A stretch of DNA of 31,256 nt from an uncultured Pirellulales bacterium (GCA_964546095.1 CAZJIR010000001.1:1-31256), one strand, 5' to 3'. Positions 17,743 through 26,466 are shown, counted from the stretch's first letter. Notes: generated from the letters alone by a model not told the origin. Program-made: numbers and translations.

Positions 17743-20700
17743 TTATCTGATTGGCCGTGATAAACTCTCCCGAAGTCTCATTTTAAAATCTCTTTCAATC
17801 GGTCGTCCGGTTGGAGTCATTCTGCCGCCAGGAGCTATTCTGCTGCCCGGAACCATTCCACCTGGAGCCATTTCCATTTCGCCCCGAATCATCGGAGCCT
17901 GAGCTGTGGATGGTTGAGCGAATTCGACGGGTCGGCCTATTATATGTGCCGTAATGAAGACAGCAACTTCCCGGTCAGACTTGGTGTCGTTTTTATTACG
18001 GAATAGCGAGCCTATTATTGGAATACTACTAAAGCCAGGAACCCGTTGTTCGGATAAACGTGTTCGGTTCTCCGTCAGGCCAGCCACAGCAACCGTCCCG
18101 CCGTTTTTAATACTAACGGTGTTAGTAGCCGTTCGCCGTGTAACCACCGGAAGGTCGTTTCCTCTGCCGCGCGGTATGCTGTCACTGACTTCGATAGCCA
18201 AGTCCAGAGTAATATCATTATTGTCCCCTATATGGGGCGTGATACTCAGCTTGGTACCGGACTCAATTTTTTCCATTTCAGTTCGAGTATAGTAGATGGC
18301 ACCTATATCCGGTGAAGTCAGCATATAGTACTCTTCGGTCAAGACATTGATTTCGGCTCTCTTGCCGTCCTGGGCCATGACCTGGGGCTTTGCCAGTATT
18401 GTCGCCTCGTCATTCTCAGAGAGCAAGTTCAGCGCCATATTCAGCGAATCGGTGAATGTTGCATCAGGCGTATATCCGATTGTGATAGCCCCTGCTATCT
18501 TGCCACCTAAGTCGAGCAAATCCCCACCGCGTCCTTTCAGATCGTTACTAAAGCCTCCGGCACTGATAGTAGGCATACCCCACTCGACACCCATATTCAG
18601 CAGGTCGCCGCTTTCCATTACCACACTGCGCGCATCAAGCAAAACATGAGACGGCAGGTGGTCGATTTCCTTTAAGTCCGCTACGATACGCTCCATTAAA
18701 GCCGGCGGGGCAGTTATAACCACCGTGTAAGTATCGGCTCCAGGCCGTCCAACTTCGGCCTGAACGTAATCCGTGAAGGCAGAAGACAAAAGTCCCACCG
18801 CCGCTCTTGCACTAATGTAGCTCATTTTTACCCGGCGCGTTTCGCTCACTTTCGTGAACATTGTGCTTTTGACATCTCCGGAGCAAACCAGGTAATAATA
18901 GGGCGTCTCCTTCACAATATACGGAGTGCCGGCCAAGACAATATCAAGCGCTGTGTCTAACGGCATATCTTTAAGCTGACAGGTTACAGACCCGACGACC
19001 GTTTCGTCTGGAATAATGGTAATGTCCGCTGTCGTAGCGATGGCCTGGAGTGCATCAATTATATCCTCATCAACAAAGATATTACTAATAAGCGGTACTT
19101 CCGCAACGATTTCGCCTGATTCTACTACAGCGGCTGACTTCGGCTTACTCAAAAGTTCTTCCAGTCTTTTCAGTAGTTTATCCGTTTCAGACAATTCTTC
19201 TTCCGGCTCCGTGGTAGTTGGCCCAGTGGGAAATTCCCCGGGGAACGTAGAGTCTTCAACCGGCGGCAAAGTATCTATCGTAGGTTCAGCAGCCGGAGGT
19301 GTTGGCGATGGCCTATGCATAGAGCGATAATCCTCTTCCGTCATATCTTCCATCATATTTTGAGTAACGTTAGTATATGACTTATCCGGAAACTGAAAAC
19401 CTTCCATTGCCAGTGAAATCTCACCGCTCCAGTTGTAAGGCACTTCAACACTGAATTTACCCGAAGCGTCGGTGACGGTGGTACCTCCACCATTATTTGC
19501 GCGGACCTGTACACCTTTGATGCCGGTTCCACCAACCCGCACAACATCGGTTATAGTAAACATCTGTATTTTTGCAACAAAGTTCTGGTTTACAAGGTCT
19601 TTGGTAACAGGCGCAGCTTGTCGTTTATTAGTTGGCCTATAGTTATGGCCCACTTTTGTAGGTGTTATCGTACCGCGCCAACCGTAATCCACGGTCAGTT
19701 CATACCTGCCGTTAGTGTCGGTGTCGCTGGAACCTCCACCTGCATCTGCCACGATGAATACACCCTCGACAGGCTCGCCCTTTTCAGAACGTATAGTACC
19801 TGAAATGGTACGTTTTTCCAAAGCCGCAAAATAGTCCTGACTAACCTCAGGGCCTAAAAGCTCAGAGTACGTAATCTCAGGGGGGTTGAAGGTGTAACCG
19901 GCCTTTATCGGTTTCACTGTGCCGCTCCAGCCGTAAGGAATCTCTGCGGTATAAATACCATCGGCATTACTTATAACAGGTCTGCCCGGCAGGCCTCTCA
20001 ACGCTACACTAGCCATTCCAACAGAACCGCTAATTGTAAATGTAACCTGTTTTGCAGTGAATCTTTGATTCTTCTGGTCGGTAGTAATATTTGTGTACGG
20101 TTTAGAAGACGGTGTAAATTCATAACCGTCAATCATAGGCATGACTGTGCCAGTCCAGCCCCAGGGAACATTGACACTGAACATGCCGCCTGCACTGGTA
20201 ACCGGATTATCCGGCAAGCCATCTATTGTTACGCCTTCCATACCGACAGAGCCGGCAATGGTCAATATAATCGGTGTCGAAGTGTAATCCTGCTCGGTCT
20301 TGTCGCTTATCACTTTAGTGTAATTTATTGTAGCGGGGTCTTCGAATTTGTAACCCGGCTTTTCCGGTTTAACGGTTCCGCTCCAGCCCCAAGGGACATT
20401 AGCACTGTAATAGCCGTCCATATCGGTAAAAACAACATCTTCCGGAAAACCCTTCATTTCCACGTTGTCCAACCCAGCCGAGCCTGATATCATGAAAGTA
20501 ATTTCATTAGCAAAGTAATCCTGACTAGCATAAGCATTCATGACTTCAGAATATGGTGTTTCGGCTGGCTCAAAAGTGTAACCCTCTTTCACCGGCTTAA
20601 CCGTGCCGCTCCAGTTGTATTTAACAGCGGCACTGTAATTGCCATTCCTGTCTGTGGTCGGATTGTTCGGCAGGCCGTTCATTACCACCCCTTCTACGCC

Positions 20701-21300
20701 AACAGAACCGGATATTTCATAAGTAATTACGGCACCACTATAGTTCTGATTCGCCGTATCCCTTGTAACGGAAGTGTATGATATAGTGTTTGGTGTGAAC
20801 ATGTAACCCTCCTTTGACGGTATAACCGACCCAGCCCAATCGTAAGGTACATCGGCTTTGTAAGTACCGTTGCTACCTGTAATCGGGGCATCCGGCAGGC
20901 CTTCCATCATCACGCCTTCCATCGGCGCACCATCCATCCGTACCACACCTGAAACAGTAAATTGTCTTATCGTAGCAACGTAATCCTGATTAAGCTGGTT
21001 GCTTGTAACTTTTGGGTAATCTTTGTTAGGCGGATCGAAGGTATAACCCGGCATTTCAGGTGTAACTTTACCTCTCCAACCATAATCAACGGTAACGCTA
21101 TAAAAACCGCTCCCATCAGTAACAGGATTTTCCGGCAGACCTTTCATCGTCACGCCACCCAGTCCTGTAGAACCGGATATGGTGAAAGTTACTTTTGTCC
21201 CTTCGATTGCCTGCACGCTGACATTCATCGCGCATAACAAAACGACGCAGAGGACAATGATGCCGTCCGATAAAATTCTGCCGATATTTTTACTTGCCAT
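17743..21300 (-). CDS. Secretin (PilQ/GspD superfamily) with eight N-terminal Ig/carboxypeptidase-regulatory-like repeats
   Basis: C-terminal VLLDARSVV...MGVEWG, ILAKPQVMAQDGKRAEI, SGTKLSITPHI, VPGFSSIPIIGSLFR and EVAVFITAHII motifs; STN/N0 and N3-like domains; eight ~75-84-aa repeats. Confidence 0.9.
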   Translation of the reverse strand: MASKNIGRILSDGIIVLCVVLLCAMNVSVQAIEGTKVTFTISGSTGLGGVTMKGLPENPVTDGSGFYSVTVDYGWRGKVTPEMPGYTFDPPNKDYPKVTSNQLNQDYVATIRQFTVSGVVRMDGAPMEGVMMEGLPDAPITGSNGTYKADVPYDWAGSVIPSKEGYMFTPNTISYTSVTRDTANQNYSGAVITYEISGSVGVEGVVMNGLPNNPTTDRNGNYSAAVKYNWSGTVKPVKEGYTFEPAETPYSEVMNAYASQDYFANEITFMISGSAGLDNVEMKGFPEDVVFTDMDGYYSANVPWGWSGTVKPEKPGYKFEDPATINYTKVISDKTEQDYTSTPIILTIAGSVGMEGVTIDGLPDNPVTSAGGMFSVNVPWGWTGTVMPMIDGYEFTPSSKPYTNITTDQKNQRFTAKQVTFTISGSVGMASVALRGLPGRPVISNADGIYTAEIPYGWSGTVKPIKAGYTFNPPEITYSELLGPEVSQDYFAALEKRTISGTIRSEKGEPVEGVFIVADAGGGSSDTDTNGRYELTVDYGWRGTITPTKVGHNYRPTNKRQAAPVTKDLVNQNFVAKIQMFTITDVVRVGGTGIKGVQVRANNGGGTTVTDASGKFSVEVPYNWSGEISLAMEGFQFPDKSYTNVTQNMMEDMTEEDYRSMHRPSPTPPAAEPTIDTLPPVEDSTFPGEFPTGPTTTEPEEELSETDKLLKRLEELLSKPKSAAVVESGEIVAEVPLISNIFVDEDIIDALQAIATTADITIIPDETVVGSVTCQLKDMPLDTALDIVLAGTPYIVKETPYYYLVCSGDVKSTMFTKVSETRRVKMSYISARAAVGLLSSAFTDYVQAEVGRPGADTYTVVITAPPALMERIVADLKEIDHLPSHVLLDARSVVMESGDLLNMGVEWGMPTISAGGFSNDLKGRGGDLLDLGGKIAGAITIGYTPDATFTDSLNMALNLLSENDEATILAKPQVMAQDGKRAEINVLTEEYYMLTSPDIGAIYYTRTEMEKIESGTKLSITPHIGDNNDITLDLAIEVSDSIPRGRGNDLPVVTRRTATNTVSIKNGGTVAVAGLTENRTRLSEQRVPGFSSIPIIGSLFRNKNDTKSDREVAVFITAHIIGRPVEFAQPSTAQAPMIRGEMEMAPGGMVPGSRIAPGGRMTPTGRPIERDFKMRLRESLSRPIR

Positions 21301-21411
21301 AAGTCAATGTCCCTTTCTGTAGCCATTAACCGGCAATTTTACAGCTCTTCTGCCTTGTATCGGCAATCCAGCTTCTTTCTTTAGCAAAAACTCTTGCCGG
21401 CGCACTACCAA

Positions 21412-23073
21412 TTAATACCAATTAATAGGTATAGGTTCTTCACCCCCTCCAATAACCTCAATTTCCCTCCGTTCTCCTCCCTGAACCCGGACCCGTATAG
21501 CTAACTGTTTCATCGCCTCCTGATCAGGAGCATATTCCAAAACCGCCGCAAGACGGTATATACCTTCAGGCAAATTAGAAAAATCGATAACTTCCGAGAA
21601 ATCCCTCGTTGTCAAAGGCAGCATCAGACCAGTCTTTCTGCTGTTTAGCGATACCCTCTTCCTGATAGCGAGTGTTGTATCAACCACGGCGGCTCTGCAT
21701 CTTACGGGAGTAAAATGTATATTTCCGAAATTGCCGAACCTTGCAACAACATAATATTCGGACCCCTCTTTATAGGCAACGCTAAGCCTCATAGCGGAAG
21801 CAAATGGTTCAATACTGATATCCTCATTCAAAACGCAAATATTTCCGATCGTTATGCCAGCCGACTGACCGTCCGGATAAGTGCCGGCCAAACCGATAAG
21901 CGAATAATAACAGGGATGCACATCAATATTTCCCGGCATCGTCGCAACAATGCGTATGCTCCTCTGTGCATTACTGGCAAGTGTGAATCTATCCGGCTCC
22001 ACCCTCAGCCATGTGGAGCAGTCTAAATCATTCCCCTTCAAATCGCCAAAAGCAATGCCCTTTAGACGAGGTGGCAATGCCAAAGCCGTCTGGACATTTA
22101 CCGTCTCATCCGAAGCATTATAGACCCTTATCGCGTCCGTCCGTACAGCACCCGGCCGACCGCTTATCATAAGATCGCTTGGGTACAGATCAAGAGTCGC
22201 ATCGCTAGCCACCTTCGTAACACTCGGGTCACTTGCAAATGTTATCTCCTGCGTAGCTCTCTTAGCACGCCTGCCATCAACATAGAGTACTCCGGATATT
22301 CTGTACTTGCCCGCCGGCAAAGGCCGACTAATGTTACTTTTCAACTTTAATTTGGCTCCTGGAATGATTCCAGTACCTCCAAATTCTGCGGTAGTAATTG
22401 CCCGCCAGTGCCCATCCAAGAAACCTTTAACTACCGCAAAGCTCTTAAGGCGGGAACGGGTCCCCCCATTATTATCAATTTGCATTGTGACATTCGTTGT
22501 CGCGGGATTTCCCTGCATGGGTCGAACAAACTCCAGTCCCATATCGCCAAGTTCCACTTTATGGCGCATTGGCCGACCCTGTACCTCAATGAGCACAGGA
22601 ATTAAAAAACGCACGATAACAAAAACATTTCCTGTAACGTCCGGTCTTGGTCTGACAGTGGCAACAATCGTAGCACTGTAAAATCCACGTGTACGGCGCG
22701 GCACTCTTATATTCACCGCCACTCTATCCATCCCAAAAGGAACTACATCAATACTTTCACGTCCGAGGCTTATCCAGTCTTTGCATGAAGAAAGCTTCGA
22801 CCTATCAATAACATCGTTGGGCTCAATAATTCGCCATTGGCCGTCTTCCTCCTGGGACAGCTCGGTCACCCTCAAATCTACCGTCAGGACCTCGTTCGGG
22901 TCGATACTTTGAAGGTCCAAGACGGTCTTTATCGTCCGGCCCGGCAGGGACGTAAGATCCATCCTCATCGGCTGTATTATAAACTGGCCAAACGCCGGCC
23001 TTCCATTAATAAAAAAGCTCGACACAATTACAGCAATGAAAACCAAATGATTCGTTATATTGCGCTTTCTCAC
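21412..23073 (-). CDS. Periplasmic pilus-assembly chaperone-like protein, two tandem modules (PapD/EcpB/DUF916-like)
   Basis: Signal peptide; internal duplication: IQPMRMDL..G / LYPSDLMI..G, CKDWISL / CSTWLRV, GFYSATI / CYYSLI, DNNGGTR / GNFGNIH. Confidence 0.65.
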   Translation of the reverse strand: MRKRNITNHLVFIAVIVSSFFINGRPAFGQFIIQPMRMDLTSLPGRTIKTVLDLQSIDPNEVLTVDLRVTELSQEEDGQWRIIEPNDVIDRSKLSSCKDWISLGRESIDVVPFGMDRVAVNIRVPRRTRGFYSATIVATVRPRPDVTGNVFVIVRFLIPVLIEVQGRPMRHKVELGDMGLEFVRPMQGNPATTNVTMQIDNNGGTRSRLKSFAVVKGFLDGHWRAITTAEFGGTGIIPGAKLKLKSNISRPLPAGKYRISGVLYVDGRRAKRATQEITFASDPSVTKVASDATLDLYPSDLMISGRPGAVRTDAIRVYNASDETVNVQTALALPPRLKGIAFGDLKGNDLDCSTWLRVEPDRFTLASNAQRSIRIVATMPGNIDVHPCYYSLIGLAGTYPDGQSAGITIGNICVLNEDISIEPFASAMRLSVAYKEGSEYYVVARFGNFGNIHFTPVRCRAAVVDTTLAIRKRVSLNSRKTGLMLPLTTRDFSEVIDFSNLPEGIYRLAAVLEYAPDQEAMKQLAIRVRVQGGERREIEVIGGGEEPIPINWY

Positions 23074-23368
23074 TTTTTTAATCTCCCAAAAACTCGCATG
23101 AACCGCTTACTCATCATTAATAAGCCGGATACATCTTAAAGATAACCCTAAAGTACATTTTTGAGTCTATTATTGCGTCTCCGTGATAAATTACCGTGAT
23201 TTCCATCCAATAATATTGAGGCTCTTACTTTTTCGGCCATTTAACTCCCTTACTTTTTATAATTCCTTGTGAAATCCCCATAACGACGCTATTCAGCAAT
23301 TCAATCCATGAAAAGCGGCTTTCCACTTCCTCACTATATAGACTTGTGTCTATAATAAATCATTACCA

Positions 23369-23397
23369 AGTTTATCATTTTTTTTCTCAAATGTCAA
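23369..23397 (-). promoter_or_regulatory. Strong sigma70 promoter for the chaperone-secretin-lipoprotein operon
   Basis: TTGACA-N17-TAAACT with a TGn extension. Confidence 0.7.
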
Positions 23398-23437
23398 GTC
23401 TAAATTGCCTAATCCACCCATTTTCACGAAAATGTTT

Positions 23438-23480
23438 ATAAAAAATAAGGAGGGCGGATTCAATATCCGTCCCTCCTTAT
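23438..23480 (-). terminator. Intrinsic terminator after the 173-aa pilin-like gene
   Basis: 15-bp stem with one bulge (ATAAGGAGGGACGGAT / ATCCGCCCTCCTTAT) followed by a T-run on the minus strand. Confidence 0.85.
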
Positions 23481-23598
23481 AAACATCCTTTTTTCACCAG
23501 CCTCCAGTAGAAGATTTCCGGACGTTTGTATAACCAATCGTCCTTTTTTAAGAGAGTGATTAAGCTACGCTCCTTTACTACTAAGGCCGACTCGCGAC

Positions 23599-24120
23599 TT
23601 ACTCAGTATCCGGTGGCTTCACAGTAATCGTGAGCACGCCGACTTTAATCTCGTCGCCGGGTGAACCGGAGTTCCAAAGCTCTGTATTCCAGGCATCAAT
23701 GCAAATTTCCAGCTCATGGTAAGCACCATCGCCGGGGATGGTAGATTCGCCGACCCAGTACACTTTCGTGTCTTTCAGAACTGAAACATCGCCAGCACCT
23801 TTGTCTAAATTGGCGCCAATAATTGCCGCGAAGTTTGCTCTTACTTCAAACTTTACACAGCCTGTGTAGCACGGGAAACCCGATTGTTCGATTTCTACGC
23901 AGTCAACCTGTTTGAGCACAATTTTCTTATCTCCGCAATCTTTCAACTCTACATAATGGCCCACGTCCATAAACACAGGTATATCGCATAAATCGAGTGC
24001 TTTGTAGGTCCAGGGCCAATCGCCATCGTGCTTTATTGGATTAATGGCGCCTGCCTGTACCGTGACCGCCAGCAGAGCTACAACTGCAATTGCAATAACA
24101 CATTTTTTTAACATTTTCAT
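23599..24120 (-). CDS. Secreted beta-rich protein, candidate major pilin
   Basis: Sec signal (VQA/GA); alternating-hydrophobic N-terminal strand DIPVFMDVGHYVEL; C-terminal strand VGVLTITVKP; 6 Cys in the mature part. Confidence 0.6.
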   Translation of the reverse strand: MKMLKKCVIAIAVVALLAVTVQAGAINPIKHDGDWPWTYKALDLCDIPVFMDVGHYVELKDCGDKKIVLKQVDCVEIEQSGFPCYTGCVKFEVRANFAAIIGANLDKGAGDVSVLKDTKVYWVGESTIPGDGAYHELEICIDAWNTELWNSGSPGDEIKVGVLTITVKPPDTE

Positions 24121-24566
24121 TTCCCTTTCTTAACCCTCGCTCCTTTAAGGGCCAATATTGGCCTGTGGAGCTAATCAATACATTTTTTCACTCAGACCCA
24201 ATAGATATCTGAGCTAAACGATCCGCGGGCTAAAAACCTCTTTGTCCGACTCTGGCGACTATGCCCGCATTACTGTCTTCCTGAGTCGGGGCCCAAAAGC
24301 ATAACGATTCTCAATCTGGAATCTTCATCCCAAGCTATTTAATCGTCTTTCCGCCTCAAGACCGAGCCTGCTTCTTCAGGCGGCCCGCAAAGCATCCTTT
24401 AGCTTGCGAGTCATTACACTTTTAACTACCTCACACCTCCTTTCTCCCTACCCTTATTAAGGAAGGGGTCGTCTATTTTGAACAACATATTTCCACAAAC
24501 CCTGGGCATTTATAATCTTTCATTATTGCGTTGTAGAAACTTTTTATTTTCTCTCTAAATCTCCAA

Positions 24567-25052
24567 TCAAAAAGATGACGGTATTATCGTAAATGTAATA
24601 GTTCCTGAAAATTTTCCCGCCGGGTCACGTAAGAAACGCTCCACCCGAAAATCTAAATTAATGTCATGCGATCCGTTTTCAGGATTAGATATAATCACCG
24701 GCTTTGTCATCGGGACAAATCCTTGTGTAGTCGGAGCCTTGATGGATATACGCTCAAGCGGTATTGTTTTGTTACTTCTTGTGTGCTTCAATTCCGACAT
24801 AGATGCCACTATCGGTCCGTGCAGACAATTAGAATCCACCTTCAGAGTTAATGACGCTGATGCCGAGTATAATATACTCGGTAATAAAGCTTTTCCCGAC
24901 ATAATTGAACCTTTTGGGAATTTAGCCCTTTCAAATTCGAGTCTATTCGCCACAGGTATAATCTTGACAAAAGGTTCATCGTCGGCCTTGGCAATTCCAG
25001 CCGCCCCTAACAATATCAATGCTACTAAATAAGTCGTTACTAATTTCATCAT
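24567..25052 (-). CDS. Secreted protein, candidate minor pilin (spore-coat-U/CFA-like)
   Basis: Sec signal (AKA); LKVDSN motif; C-terminal PAGKFSGTITFTI strand typical of fimbrial subunits. Confidence 0.65.
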   Translation of the reverse strand: MMKLVTTYLVALILLGAAGIAKADDEPFVKIIPVANRLEFERAKFPKGSIMSGKALLPSILYSASASLTLKVDSNCLHGPIVASMSELKHTRSNKTIPLERISIKAPTTQGFVPMTKPVIISNPENGSHDINLDFRVERFLRDPAGKFSGTITFTIIPSSF

Positions 25053-25410
25053 TGTTCTCTCCCCCGAAAACTATCAGATTACAACACTCTATCGCTAACG
25101 ACTAACAGCGAACTAAATATGTTACCAGTCCATTGGATTTCAAACGCTTCACTTTATTCCTAATTATCACGGCATCAATCAATGCCGTTGCCAGTGATAA
25201 GCAACACAGCTTATCTCTGTTACTCAGCTAAGCTATTCCAGACTGGCCGAAAGTGCGATTATAAGAAGGGATTCAAATAATGTTTTTCATCTCTCCTCAC
25301 CATCACTCTCCTCATCTCCTGACCAGCACGAAAAAAACAGTACCGGACAAGCAAAGCATTCGATATAAATAAGTTGAATATTCTCAACTTAATGCCTTGC
25401 TACTTTCCAG

Positions 25411-25527
25411 AATTTACCAGTTTTTTTTCTTCTTGTCAATAGCTAAATTTTAAAATTCACCTTCTTAACTTTTTTTAACGCCCACGGTAACTTTCATTAT
25501 TTTACCCAATCACCCATGCGATGTCAA
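25411..25527 (-). promoter_or_regulatory. Tandem sigma70 promoters upstream of the 161-aa gene
   Basis: TTGACA-N17-TAAAAT (25527-25499) and TTGACA-N17-TAAATT with TGn (25439-25411). Confidence 0.7.
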
Positions 25528-26131
25528 TGGTAATTTTATCTATTTTCTCTGGCTTTACTATATTCTCTGTTTTTTCGGACTCTATTTTTATCAAATCAAG
25601 CCTTATTAAGTAAAACACCCAACCCATAAATTCATGTAACGCCTTATATTACAACAAGATACAGGCCAAAATGGCGAATATAGAAATTTTTTCGGACAAT
25701 GAAATAACTTGCAAAGTTTCACAATATCTATAAACAAACAACAAAAAAAATTTGTTCATTTATCTCTATTTTTTGCAGATTTTGAAGCACTTTTCGATAA
25801 ATCTTTAGTGTTTCCCGACCCAAGATTTATCTCTGTGTGACATTATTTTTTAACGAATTTTTTACATGTTTTTCATCCACTCCGAATAACTTGCCGTATA
25901 TCTTTTGCTTCAATAAAACATCAACAAAGGTTTTGAGCTGTCTAAGTGCATCCGTGAGCAAATTGACTTTATTCTTTTTCTACGCCAATATAATTTTCCC
26001 GAGGAAAGATAAAATCACTATAAAGCTTTAATTTTTACTCTCAAACTAATCAGCTTGTAATTCGCAAGAAGGAAACATGATACATATCGAGATATAAAAA
26101 CAAGTGCTTTCTATGACCATAGTATCACATC

Positions 26132-26250
26132 GTCCCAATGCCGTCGTATTGGGCCAATCGTCTGCGGATACACAGTGTGTGCAAACCGGCTCTCCGGCTG
26201 CACGGGGAAACAATGAGAATGGCCGATACGACACGCCACAGGGCACAGGT
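26132..26250 (-). ncRNA. Structured ncRNA candidate, 6S-like rod with a central bubble
   Basis: Closing stem GUCGUAU/AUACGAC plus GGCCA/UGGCC plus CCC/GGG; terminal stem GUGCAGCCGG-AGAG-CCGGUUUGCAC; 5' CCCUGUGG and 3' CGGCA resemble 6S ends; only ~120 nt. Confidence 0.35.
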
Positions 26251-26307
26251 TTTATTGCTATTTTTATATACATAATCCACGCTTAGCGAAGCCTGGCTTT
26301 AATCTTC

Positions 26308-26336
26308 TTGCAATATTAGCGATTTGTGTGTAGAGT
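26308..26336 (+). promoter_or_regulatory. sigma70 promoter for tRNA-Arg-guaA
   Basis: TTGCAA-N17-TAGAGT with a TGn extension. Confidence 0.5.
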
Positions 26337-26392
26337 GCGTGGTTATATTTTATAAGGTGTTTTGATATTACTGGGTCCTAAAAAAAGACCTT

Positions 26393-26466
26393 GCGCCCGT
26401 AGCTCAGTTGGACAGAGCAACGGATTTCTAATCCGTAGGTCGCAGGTTCGAGTCCTGCCGGGCGTG
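26393..26466 (+). tRNA. tRNA-Arg (TCT)
   Basis: Acceptor stem GCGCCCG/CGGGCGT; anticodon stem ACGGA/TCCGT with loop TTTCTAA; GGTTCGAGTCC T-arm; CCA not encoded. Confidence 0.97.

Noticed and set aside
24121-24490. c-di-GMP-I/II or other known riboswitch in the pilin leader
   Set aside because: I could not find the GGCAAAC/GAAA/GCAAAGC or other hallmark motifs by eye; reported only as an unknown structured leader.
23369-25439. A8 tracts in the spacers of two pilus-locus promoters as phase-variation switches
   Set aside because: The tracts are short, and the araA promoter also has a 9-nt run in its spacer, so this looks like local composition; read-level length variation would be needed.
25530-26100. 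AT-rich stretch as a replication origin, and ORF 25837-26031
   Set aside because: No cluster of TTATCCACA boxes and no dnaA context; the ORF has no RBS and low-complexity composition.
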